A DNA stretch of 64,000 nt from Phoronis australis (lineage: Eukaryota; Animalia; Phoronida): contig NMRA01000006.1 of NCBI GenBank assembly GCA_002633005.1, forward strand, positions 1,773,742 to 1,837,741. The letters run 5' to 3'. The number at the start of each line of letters is the position of its first letter. Within the stretch, counting starts at the first letter, position 1. Both the position numbers and the translations under genes were made by a program. Below, piece by piece: positions 37,490 through 49,560 of the stretch. The notes beneath the pieces were generated by a model. It was not told where the DNA came from, searched no databases, and saw only the letters and a list, made by a program, of their open reading frames with translations.

Positions 37490-37959
37490 TCCTATAAATT
37501 TGCTGGTGAGATGTCCGCGGTTTTGAAAACAAATACTTTTTACCTCTGACATACCATGAACCATTGAAAGAAGATATGACGCTTTTACCAAAGATACTGT
37601 ATAATATTTTTGCCATCACTACAAAATAAGTCTGTAAAGCCTGGAAAGTAGACGGTTTCAAAAAAGTGATTTTAAGTTCGCATCTGATACACAACCAATG
37701 ATCTTTAAGTTTATCAGAGCAAAAAACTCCGAACCCTTGTGTCCCGCACATTCTCTTATTATAATCAAGATAAAATTTAATGGTTGTCCCCATCCACAAG
37801 TCAGACATAGTAAAATCTTTGTCCGTTTATTTTGTCGATCTAGCCTACCTATTTACGTTAAAACTTGGTGAATACATGATGTCATTAGTTTTAGTTCCAA
37901 ATAAACCAAAACTCAAACTGTTACCAAAATTTTAAAGTTGTGTTTGAACATGAAAACAA

Positions 37960-38270
37960 TTTAGAAATTGATAATCTTCCAAGAGTATTCTTTTTGTACA
38001 ATGAAAGTTTTACACGTTTTCGATTTGCGAACCACAGACTGCAGTAGAAACTGGTCGTCACATAAATGTGATATATAAAGACAGAGTGTGTACATTATGC
38101 TCTGGAAATTGTGTCAAGGATGGATATCACTTTTTGTTAGTTTGTGACCTTTTTTTCCGCAGAGCTGAGTTTCTAAGTGTGAGCCTCTGGACAAGTCCCT
38201 CTCTGCTTGAATGTCATAGACTGTTATGTAATCTTGATGCCTCAGTTGTGAAATATTTATAGTACGCATC
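37960..38270 (+). mobile_element. LINE ORF2 C-terminal fragment
   Basis: RFRFANHRLAVETGRH...RVCTLCSGNCVKDGYHFLLVC, a Cys/His knuckle typical of non-LTR element 3' ends. Confidence 0.7.
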
Positions 38271-38493
38271 CAAAAAACGCAACGCTGAGCTTGTGTAGTG
38301 CTGACTAGTGTGCATAGCACCGCACTGATCTTGTTTGTTTGTTTGTTGTAGTTTGGGCCGATGGCCATGTATACAAATAAAGAAGAAGAAGATAATTGAA
38401 AACTGCTCCCTAGACACTTTTTATCCCCAGTGGTTGCTCATACATGTATTTTATACATCTTGCCGCTACTCATTTACAAAATTTGGCGCACTT

Positions 38494-38760
38494 TCACTCA
38501 AACAAGAAAGACTTGCAAAACACACGCCTTGGGTTGCTTCGGAGAATGCGCTTAGTTGATGACCAGTGACGTCTTTTCGTTGTTTCGTAATGCATGGTTA
38601 TCAGTGATAACCCAGCAACCCTTTCCTCAGACATACACGTAGTAGCCCTCAAATGTGTCTTCACAAGCCTGAGCAAAGAAAGTGATCTCTCTGCCTCACA
38701 GGACCCAGTAGGGGATAGCTCCCTGACGTTTGGGAAGATGTCACCGTCTGCATGCGTGTT
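38494..38760 (-). mobile_element. hAT transposase C-terminal dimerization-domain remnant
   Basis: DIFPNVREL..TGSCEAERSLSLLRLVKTHLRAT..MSEERVAGLSLITMH matches the hAT dimerization motif (S...ERSFS.L..IKT.LR..M...RL..L). Confidence 0.75.
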
Positions 38761-38769
38761 TAAGTGTGG

Positions 38770-39047
38770 CATGCGCGCACCCAGCCTAAAATATAGGGGG
38801 GGCTCGAATTTTTCGGTATGCAGACCTTTTACTGAAAAAATAAACGAGGACTAAAAAAGGGCCACCAGGTTCAGGCCTACGAATTGTGCATCCGTGCCGA
38901 ATTCCTGTGGACTTTGTAGACATTTGTCTCGTTTTGCTCGGACTTTTTGTTTCGTTGAGGCGGACCTTTTTGCCCAATTCGCTAAATTGGGGGGGGGGGG
39001 CGTTCAAGACCCCCTCCCCCCCACCCTCCCCCCAGGGTGCGCCCATG
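38770..39047. mobile_element. Small MITE with G/C-tract subterminal regions
   Basis: Imperfect TIRs CATGCGCGCACCC and GGGTGCGCCCATG; no clear TSD. Confidence 0.5.
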
Positions 39048-40224
39048 GAGTTTTTGTATATTTTTTCACTCTTCCTGTAGTAGTATTTTAGAAATCCAGC
39101 TGATAAGTTTATTTTCACAAAATGTGCTATAAAACGCGCTCCTTTAGTTTAATAAGTCAAAACTTAATGTCGCCAGTGACCTTTTTGAAGATTGGATAAA
39201 TTTCATTATTTTAAGAGAAACGGGATATGTGCGCTATGATACTGTTCTGTCGACAGAGGGGCGGGGGTAAAAAAGTATACATGGCATATCTTGTGGATCG
39301 CACGCATACAGTATGTTTCATGGGTTGTGTGGGAGCCCGTTACTCAATTGTCGAAATGCATAATGCGAAAATCTGAAAAAATAAATGCATTTTATTAGAA
39401 AGATATCTGCGACCGCCCTGCGGTTGGTGAGAGGGGGAGAGTTTCCACCAGACCTCGCCGAAATGAATTGTTCTTCGCTACATCACCTTCGAAGGCTAGA
39501 AACTGGATGACAAGGAAAAACTGTTCATGTACATGCATGTATGTACAAGTACTTACGCCCACTCTCCTATACCCGAAATAACGGGTGTCATAAATTGGCG
39601 TAAGGGCACAAGTTCCACTCATTAGGTCAGGGAGTTTTGCACATGTATATCTTAACGTGGCTGTTTTGGGGTCTTTATTTAAATTATTACTTTTTTAATG
39701 CTAAACTGATCCGATCTCAACATCCATGCTGTACCGAGCGTTACTTTTAATAACAGAAATGAATTTGATTTTCATTATGTATTCGAAATTGAAAATTTAT
39801 GATTTTGTTGTGGTAGCGTTTGCATCAAACGAATTTTCAGGTACGCGTATAATTATCTTATTTTCCAAATCATACAATTTTTAACTTTAATCCATGCCAT
39901 TTTTAGCTTAGTTCTTGTTTATTTATCAATATTTTTGTTTTAGATTGAAATGATAACAGAACAAAACCCTTTTACCAAATACCAATAAAAGTTCTAAACT
40001 AAAGTACTGACTTCTTGTTTTTATTCATTAGTATCTAATGTAGTATCTAGAATAAAAACAATGACATAAAAATGTTTATTAAGGAAACCGACTTCGTTTG
40101 GGAAATTAGAACAAATTTTTATCAAAGTAAATAGATTAAACCAGTTGTTTTTTTACGTTTTTCTTATTCTGAGACCATTACATATGTATAAATTAAATAA
40201 AACTATTATTTTTTTAAATACATT

Positions 40225-41373
40225 TTATTTCTAAATACACTAATATTTACAAACAATAACATCTTTGCGAATCAAACACAGGCACACACACACGCACACA
40301 CATATCTAAAATATAGAAATTCACGGTTGGTCTAAAATAAATAGGCATTGATGGTTTCCCAAAAGGCAGTTTTGCGGGGTTGTATATTCCTTACTTTACA
40401 ACAATTATACAAGAAACATTGAAATTGTGAATATCTAGGAATAATCTGGTTTCTAGAACATTTATGGATGAAATACTGGCAAATAGTTAATAAGGTATTG
40501 ATATCTTCAAAATTACATGTAAAATATGCTGTCAAAATAACATTTCTATCTAAGATTAAATCGTGTTGTGCAGTTACGTAAATTAAAAGTTTCTGAATTT
40601 CACACCACAAAGTTTTCACAGTACCACATTCCACAAACACATGGTTAAAAGTCTCAACAGTTCCACAAGATGCACACTTGTCATCACTGACTAAGTTCAT
40701 CTTTTTCAAAATAAGTTGTGTAAACACTTTTCTATGAATATAGAAGTACTTAAAGGTTTTAACATAAGGAGGTAACAAGAGTTTGAGTGGAAGAACGTAA
40801 ATTTGTTTAATTCGTTGTCAAGAATAAATGTCAGTTAAGCTGTACTCTATATCAGGAGGCAAAACAATTTTGGAAAGCCAATATTTCTAGAAAACACATT
40901 AGTAATTTGACTTGACTGGGGATGTATGCATTTTGAATCCAATTTGAAAGCTTAAATCTATTTTTCAAAACCTCCCATGTTAGAAATTTATTTTCAAAAT
41001 TCAAAAGATCCTTCACAAAAGTAATACCAGCCTCAAAAAAACTATTAAAGAATACAGTCCTCCTATTAATCAATATGTTTTTGTTATTCCACACTACTTG
41101 GTTTACAATTGTTATGTCCTTATGTAAATGAGCACTAATTTCCTCCCAAGCAATCAAGATGTCAAGATAGAAGGTATCAATATTTGCAAGAGACAGCAAT
41201 TTACAATCATAATTTGATTTAAAGATCAAAATACCTCCATATGTTTTTAAAACATACCCTGGAAACGCTTTGAAAATTTCATTGTTTCCATCTAAGCAAC
41301 GGGTAACCCATTTAACTAATAATGACTTGTACATAATATTTATATCAGGAACTGACAAACCACCATATTTCAT
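40225..41373 (-). mobile_element. L1/Tx1-clade LINE ORF2 3' fragment
   Basis: GGLSVPDINIMYKSLLVKWV, VVWNNKNILINRRTVFFNSFFEAGITFVKDL and CASCGTVETFNHVFVECG. Interrupted between two ORFs; ends in a minus-strand AATAAA and A-rich tract near 40225. Confidence 0.8.
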
Positions 41374-41555
41374 GGGTATTTACAACCACATATTTTTATT
41401 TAAAAAGGAACACACTCCTTTTTTAAAGTGACGAAGAAAAATAGAAAACTAGTTTCAAGTTGACAATGCATAGTATTTTATACCACAATATTAGCCTCAA
41501 ATGGCAGATACAACCGTGTAATAACCCATAAAGTTATCTCACTAGTGAGATAACG

Positions 41556-41640
41556 ATTTGGGAGAAACCGAGGACGGGGTCGAACCCGGGACCCTAATAT
41601 GGCTGGTCGCCGACTTTACCACTACACCACGCAGCGACTG
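41556..41640 (-). mobile_element. tRNA-like head (SINE or part of a larger element)
   Basis: Minus strand has A box TGGTGTAGTGGTAAAG and B box GGGTTCGACCCC; acceptor and anticodon stems do not close properly. Confidence 0.5.
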
Positions 41641-42815
41641 ACGTCATCAAGAGTGAAAATAGAATACTTAAATGAGCACGCACAATAATCGCACGTTCAA
41701 CAAACCGCATTGTACCGTACTTATACGCTACGAAAAATAAGACACATAATTTCCATTAAAATGATATCTTAATTCAATGAAATATTTCTCTCATGTCCTC
41801 TCACTTGTAAATCACCGATCTCCAGTTTGAATGCGGGTATCGTGTCGTCAGGATCTTTGGCTTGAGAATTATATTCAGTTACCAGTGGTAACCTACTTTA
41901 GCAGACGATAATTTCCCGGTCGAAGCTTAGCGTGAAAAAACGTGTTTTAAGCTATAATAGTTGGTAAACCTTAATTTACAAATTCAGTTTATTTCTATCA
42001 TATTTAAGTTTTTAATTGGTTTTGAGTAAAAGCATTATTTGACAAAAATAGCCCGGCTTTTCTTAAAAGGTCACGACCTCTGACCCCGGGCCTCTGACAT
42101 AGAAAGTAGTTACAAAGCCGTGGAGAGTCAGAAAAGGTAAATCGATTCATTGCAATGTTTCTCGCTTAGTATGTAGATTTTGGAGAATTATCACCCTCGG
42201 GGCTAGCGCACCTCGGGCGATAACTCTCCAAAATCCACTCGGGCTCTAGATAACGGGGGATAACGACTTCGCCATGTAATAATCTATATTTATCTATAAT
42301 GTACAAAATTCTTATCACCCACACGTAGCTAGAAATGAACTATCTAATTCTATAGTTAATACGTAAGTTCTATGTCTAATCATAGATTATAGGCTATGGT
42401 CTATTGTTTTGTACATGTTGTCCGTCAATAATGACTCCCATTTGTATGTCAAATACCGCTGTCATACTCCATTCAAGTTTTGGGTAGTCCTCTGTGCAGA
42501 CTGATATTGTATATTTGGAACAGAAAGTGTGCAGACGGATACTTTTAAATACTTATTATCGATAAAAGACAAATAAAATAACTTTTACAACCATTTATCC
42601 TTTTTCCTACATCGGAAACTGAGCTTGTAGCATAACCAAGAGAAAAAACACTGTATATGGTCTAATCAGAATGCATCAGTACTCGGAAGCCTACGGTCTT
42701 TCATTGGCGTCGGCTTACGGTTTCTTCGTCCTTTGCATCTCCCAGACATTGATCTCCGTGAAGTCTACAGTACACCTTGCAGCTTTGAATTTTTCTGTAC
42801 GAGAAATGTGAACCT

Positions 42816-45800
42816 TCAGAACTGAGAAGTATTTTTTTCTTTGCCTGCTTTGTCTTCTTTCAGTGCGTCAGAGAGGTCATCCAAACTGACGTTACTCGTA
42901 ACAATATTAGAGCGGTAAACGTCGGAGAATTGTGAACTGGACGTTGGAGAGGTAAAATTATTCCATTCTTGGCTAGAATCGGCTTTTACGTTTTCTTCCA
43001 AATGCTTGGACACGCCTTCTATGTTTTCGTTATTGTTTGTGGAACTGACATTTAAACCAGCTTGCACCGTTTTTCCTATTCGACTGGAATCGAACCCGAG
43101 TTTGTTTTGAAGGCAATTGAAATCTGTTTCCTTCTTGTCTTGGCAAGGATTTAATCCGCCTTGTTCATTTTTTGCGGGGAGTCCGTGTGATCCGAGACTT
43201 TGCAACACGTTGTCTAAATGATCATCGCAAATAGTGGAATTAAGTGAAACGGTCTTCATGGTATCGCTCGAAACATCTGGTGTGTGGTCAGAGTCGTCAT
43301 CGAATCCAGCATCTGTATCTACTGACGAGAGAGGTTCATCCGTGTCTGAATGGATCCCGCTCTGTTGGCTTATACCAGATTCGTCATCTGACAGATACTT
43401 AAGTAAACCTTTGTCAGGCAAATACTGACTATCACACTGACTGGGCGCAGGCGAGATATTCATGTTGAAAAATGAGTCTGAATCGCTTTCAAGTTGAATA
43501 ATGACGGTGAGTTTGTCTCCGGTTTTCAACCCATGCGACTGAATAGTCGTCTGACTACCCTCAACGGTTTTCTCTGTACGACAAACGGTAATGTAGAATC
43601 GTGAATCTGGAACGAGGACATCTGGATAAAGGGTGAGAAGTTTCCTGGAAATGTCCATTTTCAAATCTGTGACGGTGGCTTCGGGTGAGACCTTCAGCAC
43701 ATGAGTGGGCTGTAGGTCGTCGCTGATTAGAATGGTGATGGAAAGCTCCACCAGGTGGTCCGATGGAATGACTAATACGACGGCATCGCTGTTCTTATTT
43801 ATTCCGTATTGGTGGATAAGACCTTCATCTTCCAACGTCTTGCCAGCGTAAACCAAGACATGATTCTCCCGCGTAATGTTCATTAATTCACATATTTCTT
43901 GTTTAAAAGACGAGATTTTGTCGTCCCAGTGAACGTAACAGTCCATATACTGATCGTTCTTTACATTATGAACTTTGATCAGTATCATTCCCGGCATGAC
44001 CAACCATAGCTTCATTCCAGTTTTGGACAAGCTATCAAACCTGTCGGTTTCTAAGAGAGTTTGTTCGACTGGCAATCTTTTGCCGCGATAGAAGAGCTCA
44101 CACATGGTGGCAGCCACGTTTCGTGTTTGGGATATGGAGGAAAGAAGGTCCCCTATCTTCAAAGAACCAGTTACTGTTAAATTGAAGTAGGTGTTAGAGC
44201 TGGTATCTGTAATTCCCAGGAGGAAGTAATCTTTTCTAATTTGGCAGTAAATAGTGCATCCTTCAGTAATGCCGCATTCCGTCACGGTATGTTCGTCCCT
44301 GCATTCTTTGCCCTTAAACATCAGGAATAACTGGTAGTACGGGACATTTTGAGGGTGACAGAGTTTGATCTTGGCTTTTAATTTCTTTATGTCGTCGTCA
44401 GCAGACAATTTTAGTTGTATAGGCTGGGATGCTTCGTCTGCAAGAACAACCTCGATGCTTAATTGCTCTGGTTCTGTGAAAATAAATCTGGGCACTACCC
44501 ATAAGGAAATCTCAGTACCGGAGCCACGGCAGGCATTGACGATGGTTTCAGTGTCTTGAATCGTCACGTTCTGATACGTCAGTACTTGGTCGTTTACATC
44601 AAAGCCGCAAACCGTCTCCACAAGCTCTTTTATCTTCACCACCTTGTCTAATCCAGACAGTGACCCTAGAATTGGCGCACATTTGAAACCCATCACTTCA
44701 ATTTTGACCTGGACGTTGTTGGGGTCTTTGGCTTGTAGCGCATTGTCGTCATTGTCAGCGTCTATTCTGTGGGACTCTTGATCAACGCATAAATCTATAA
44801 GAAAGTGTCAACAAATGAAATGCATGTGTGTCAGGTTCTTCAATGTTCACTGAATGTTAATAAATAGTCAGTGAGGGCTTGTCATTATTATCATGTGAAT
44901 GATAAGTTTCAGCTTGAAACATATTATATTATGGAGTAAGACGGTTGTTCCACAAACGTGATTAAGGTTGGAGATAACCAATCCAAACTTGTCAACCGCG
45001 CGTTGGTCCTGCAGCCGGCCACATGCAATCGGAAACCCTAAAAGGTAGGCCTTTATCGTTTTCACGGATGACACGCGCATGGTTGTTATTATTGGTGAAT
45101 TGGGTAGACATGATTGATTATGAAACAGCTTTGTTGTGGTTTTATTGTCAATTTCGCCGTTGTTTCCCAAGCATTCCCTGAAATCAATGTAGGCGACTTT
45201 ATCAGTTAAGTTCGCATAAAATACTGTGCCAGTTATCAAGTGGATTTACTCCGCCAGCAGAGTGTTTTGACTGCGAATGTGAAGATTCCAGGTTCAAACT
45301 CTTCCTGAGGCTGATATAGATCACTTTTCTTGCCGCGTTTCAGTTCTGGAGAGAGTGTTTGCCCGGCCGGGCTTTACAAAATCAATCTTTGGTCCCAATC
45401 CTTGCAAAGGTGTCACAGCATCGAGCGCTTTGTCAAATTTTATTGAACCAACACGTACATTTCATAATTTATTTGGTTCTTTCTCGTATCAATTAAAAAC
45501 TAAACCGGTTACCTTTTACGATTATAATTTTTGAATTCGACAAATTGAACTCAGTGCCCTCTGTTGACAGGTGCTAGATAACGGTCAAGTAATTTCTGCC
45601 AAAGGCAAATACAACTTTTCTTGTTTGGCTTAGCTGCGACTGTGTTCGGTGTATGGCAAGGCTTTAATTAACATTCATCATCGTTTACGGACTTACTTTC
45701 AGTAGATCTGATTTGAAATCTGATGTCGCCGTTCTCCATTTCTTCTGGTATCACATCTGGAAGATGAAAATTGATATCTCAAAAATTCTTTCAAGAACAA

Positions 45801-48131
45801 TGACAGATAAAATAAGTGAAATTTAGATACAATTTCTTTTACATAAGCTGTTGTATATGTCTGTCTCGTTAATATCTGAATTGCGTTGTTTTTTAGTGAA
45901 AAAGTCATTCAGGTTGACATTGATAACCATTTGACTTCGGGGCACAGTGCTGAAAATTCTGTGCCAAGCAACGCTCGACTAAAATTCGGGACCTGCGTGA
46001 ATGAGCGGGATAGATTAAGTCTCTATCCTTGCGTTACGGGGTAGAGTTCAGTAAAGCTAGGACCTCGTTAAAAAGCAAGACTGCACGAGCAAGCAGTGGT
46101 GTTCATTACAACAACCTTTAACAGTCGTGAAAGAGTTGCGCCGTCCTTCCTCTTCTGTAATCAATAACAGCTTGGCAAGATGACCTTGTTCTGTTAAAGC
46201 CATGGCTTGTACCAACGTTTTGAATGCGTGATTTCCCTTTGTAAGAATGGCTTTGTATAGTTCGATGTTTTGTTCCTGTCTCGCAGCATGTTTCTGAAAA
46301 GTGCGTATACCGTATAAACGAGTATTTAGGCTCATACGAGGTTATATGTGAAGATATGTCTATATCCGAATCATAGGCAAATAAGAAGGAGTAATTTGAG
46401 CATGCGGTTGAAGCTTATTTTATCCACTAAAACACGTAGACGTTGACGTGAATTCATAATAAGGAATGGAGCAAATTCCATGACTGCGCCTTTAAATTCC
46501 AGAACTCCAGTCCTGGACCAGCCTTACTCCAAACCCGTGGTACAAATCCCCATCCGCACCCCTTAAGCGAAAAATGTTCTATACCCGGTAGCCACACTCC
46601 AGTCCTTCCAGTGGGGACCATGGTTCCATGGCCGCATCACTGATCTGGTTCCCAGGGTTGAAGTTTTGGAGTTTCGTCATCGTGCACGGAGCGTTTTAGG
46701 AGCGTGTTTGAGTTGCGGGTCTGTGGAGTTTGGACGGTGCCAGTAAGGTATCTGCTAATTTATTTTGGCGGGAAATTATAGGGGCGATCGTGGAAATGCT
46801 TCCCTCCTGATAAAAACTAATGAAACGTGAAAAGAACGGAACCGCATGTAGCAGAAATAGCCGCCTTCACCTTGAAGTGAAGCTTACGTACATGAACGTT
46901 TATAAAAATATCGATTGCAAACATAAATATTCATTGACACAAATAGTTGAAAAAGTGCACAGTACCAGATGTGTGCCTGAAAAGCATTTGTCAACAATTT
47001 TCAGAGACAAGCTTACATATAATACCGGGCGAGTTCTGTTTACATTTGCCAATTAGTATGCATCAATATGCCGGTAAAATATGACAAATGCAGTTGTTGT
47101 TGCAACTCGTTTTTCTTAAGCCAAAGTTAAAATTTGCTGAAAGGTTGTCGCTCAAATCTTTAAAACAATTCTCAAAATATAAGGTGTGTTACAGCGGCAA
47201 TAAAACCACCTGACTCTGCCGAAGAGACTAAATTTTGATTTAGACTTCTTACAGTTGTAAAATTGATCTCGACTTCTTCCTTACTCAGATGACAAGTGAT
47301 TTTTGGTTTTACAAGGAACTGGTTATTCGTTATTGAAAGGACATGCTGTGACAAGCCAACTTGTGGAGCATGGTCTCGAGTTACAAAGAACTCGGTTACG
47401 TTCCGAGCTCAGAAGCCGCACCTATTTTCCTATTTAGACTAAGCAACAATTTCAGACCGATTTTCGGTAATTAGTTGCAAAGGACACAAGTACGACAGTC
47501 GTACACGAAAGTAGTATTTGAAGATTGTAGACAGGACTTTTAGTCTTTTAAGACGAATGATGCAGTCTGGCTGGTGTATAGAAAGTAGTGACTCAAGACT
47601 AAACTTTATTGCTGTGGTGGAAATTTTGTTGATAGAACAGGGAGGTGTCTGATGGTGTGGCTCCACTGTTTTCTCCCCGTCATTCTGTCACTTCTGACCA
47701 TGATCGGCCTGTGAAGGGCATTTGGGAAAATGAGTCGCGAAAAGGGTGCCATAGTGAGACAGGAACTCGGCCGAGAACATGCTTTTTGGTAACTTTACTG
47801 AAACTCTACTGAATCCAAGTGGTGTAAGAGGGCTTAAATGTTTATAATGAAATTGTGTGAACTGACAAATCTTTGCGGCATTGGTGACTGCCTGTAGACA
47901 AAGTGTGAAGGCTTGAGCAATGGAAATGCAAACAATCAAACAACTCCAAAAATCAACTGGCTTTATTTCTAGAGTGCCCACGTTGTGCTAATTTTTTACC
48001 TCAATTTTCTCCTTGTCGTTGTCAGAAATAGCTTTGTTCGCCCATAAGTGTGCAACAAGGTCTATGGCATTGGTGCTGCGCTCAAGTTCTACGTAGTTTT
48101 CCTTTATGACGTCTTTGTACCTTTGATCCAT
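42816..48131 (-). CDS. CARD + 5x ubiquitin-like domain protein, paralog B (~782 aa)
   Basis: Exons 48131-48000 (MDQRYKDVIKENYVELERSTNAIDLVAHLWANKAISDNDKEKIE), 46293-46116 (KHAARQEQNIELYKAILTKGNHAFKTLVQAMALTEQGHLAKLL...), 45756-45697 and 44794-42816. GT-AG, same phases 0/1/1 as paralog A, 2349 nt in frame. UBL array ~44715-43491 is colinear with paralog A (HPQNVPYYQL, VTGSLKIGDL, MCELFYRGKRLP, YAGKTLEDE, LISDDLQPTHV). Acceptor at 48163 and 5'UTR donor GTAAGT at 49219. Confidence 0.87.
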
Positions 48132-49220
48132 TGCTCACCAATTACATCGATCCTTTTTCTAACCTAAAAAGTAGTATATTCTGTTGAGATTCTTGTACGT
48201 TTGAAAAGAATGAAATGAGCAGCATAAAATGCAAGAAACTTCCCTTTCCAGTCATTGCTTCAATAATGATACCTGACTGACGTCACCTATATTAGTAAAC
48301 TGGTCCCAGTAGGATTTTAAAAGATTTGTCTCCTTCAAAGAATCTTACAACCAGCGGTATATTAACAGACAGTTATTTTTCGCATTCCTCAAATAAACAC
48401 CCACGTAATGAAAGTAAACACGTTTGAAGTTTGTGCTATTCAGACCCAGACATATTCGATTATATTCTATGGGTTTGCCATTGGAAAAATGCAGAGACGA
48501 CGACAAGATGGAAACATTAAAAGGAACCCACTTGTTGGGTGTTTCTATAGAAAAAGACATTTTCTTAGAAGGGTTTCTAACATAATCTTTATGCAACCAT
48601 TTCAAATCCTAGAAAATGTTTTTAAAGAATTAAAATCGAAGAAAAACCCTTTGGAACGTAATCACTTAAACACAACAAACCTCAATAAAATCCAAAAACC
48701 TTCTGTTGCAGAACTGTTGTAGGTGAACCTTTCGTAAAAAGTGATTGAGACGCACTTCAAGCTCGAAAACAAAGGAGCAGGTATCTTGAGTCCAAAGTTT
48801 CAATTGATAAGTTATTGTTCATATGCCCAAACAAAGAAATCACTTCCTCTTTCGTTTTCCGCCGAGGAACTTGAACGAGACATTGCAAGTTCACTGATGA
48901 TGAAAGTTGCATTAAGAGCCCAATCATAGAGCTTTTTGATTTCATCCTTGGCATGGAACCAGTATTGGCATTCGGTAACCACGAAAACACGGAATTTTCA
49001 AAAACAAAAGCATATTTTGAAGGAGTACTGAAATTTCAGGTTGTAGAGCTAGGAGTAGGCCTATATGGGACCTAGCTTTTAGCACTGAGACTTGAATGAA
49101 AAAAACTTTGCTGAGCTGACCCACTGAAATTTAATAACCCAAGGCCTTGTGATCCTAAAAACCTTACTATCCTACGTTAACTTGCATTTGTATTCCACAA
49201 AATTATGGAATTGACTTACC

Positions 49221-49560
49221 GTAAAATGAAACTGCCGAACTGACCTCTTTGCCTGTATCTCTTTGGGAAATTCCCACTTCTGATTGTGGAAAGATTGCTT
49301 TTGTCAACAGGTGGCGAGATCGTCAAGGCCTCGAGTTGGCTCACCAAAAAATGCCAACCCACATGTGCCCGTTATCATGGAAAACAAAGCGAAAAAATTC
49401 CAGGACACAAATTTTCTGTTCAAGAATTTAATTGTCTGCAGGACCAAAAATATACTTAAAACCAAAGTATTAATCGCGCCAGGATCTATAATTATCGCGT
49501 GAGGATCAAAATTTAACACGCCGGACAAAAAATTTATCAGGTCAGGAAAATTTCACAACA
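49221..49560 (-). promoter_or_regulatory. kB and IRF-like sites around the putative non-coding first exon of paralog B
   Basis: Near-palindromic GGGAAATTCCC at 49265-49275, AAAATGAAACTG (IRF-core-like) at 49223-49234 and GGAAAATTTC at ~49545, all next to the donor at 49219. Confidence 0.45.

Noticed and set aside
42700-42840. Possible frameshift in the A7 run near the paralog B stop, since other frames stay open for ~40 codons
   Set aside because: B ends 11 aa after the conserved DAL.ED motif and A ends 15 aa after it, so the annotated stop is consistent with the paralog.
26288-44794. Calling the long ORFs polyubiquitin, ISG15 or FAT10
   Set aside because: No LRGG or di-Gly at any unit end, the units are highly divergent, and the proteins have a CARD-like N-terminus and a long acidic tail.
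45240-45310. tRNA-like sequences here and at ~17750, 4815, 41556 and 55720
   Set aside because: The stems do not form a full cloverleaf; treated as SINE-derived, not tRNA genes.
46480-47990. Possible Kolobok-type element remnant (end GCGCCTTTAA) in paralog B intron 1, and other transposon-like stretches at 29100-30400 and 49600-52000
   Set aside because: I could not pair termini or recover convincing protein motifs by eye; needs RepeatMasker or Dfam.
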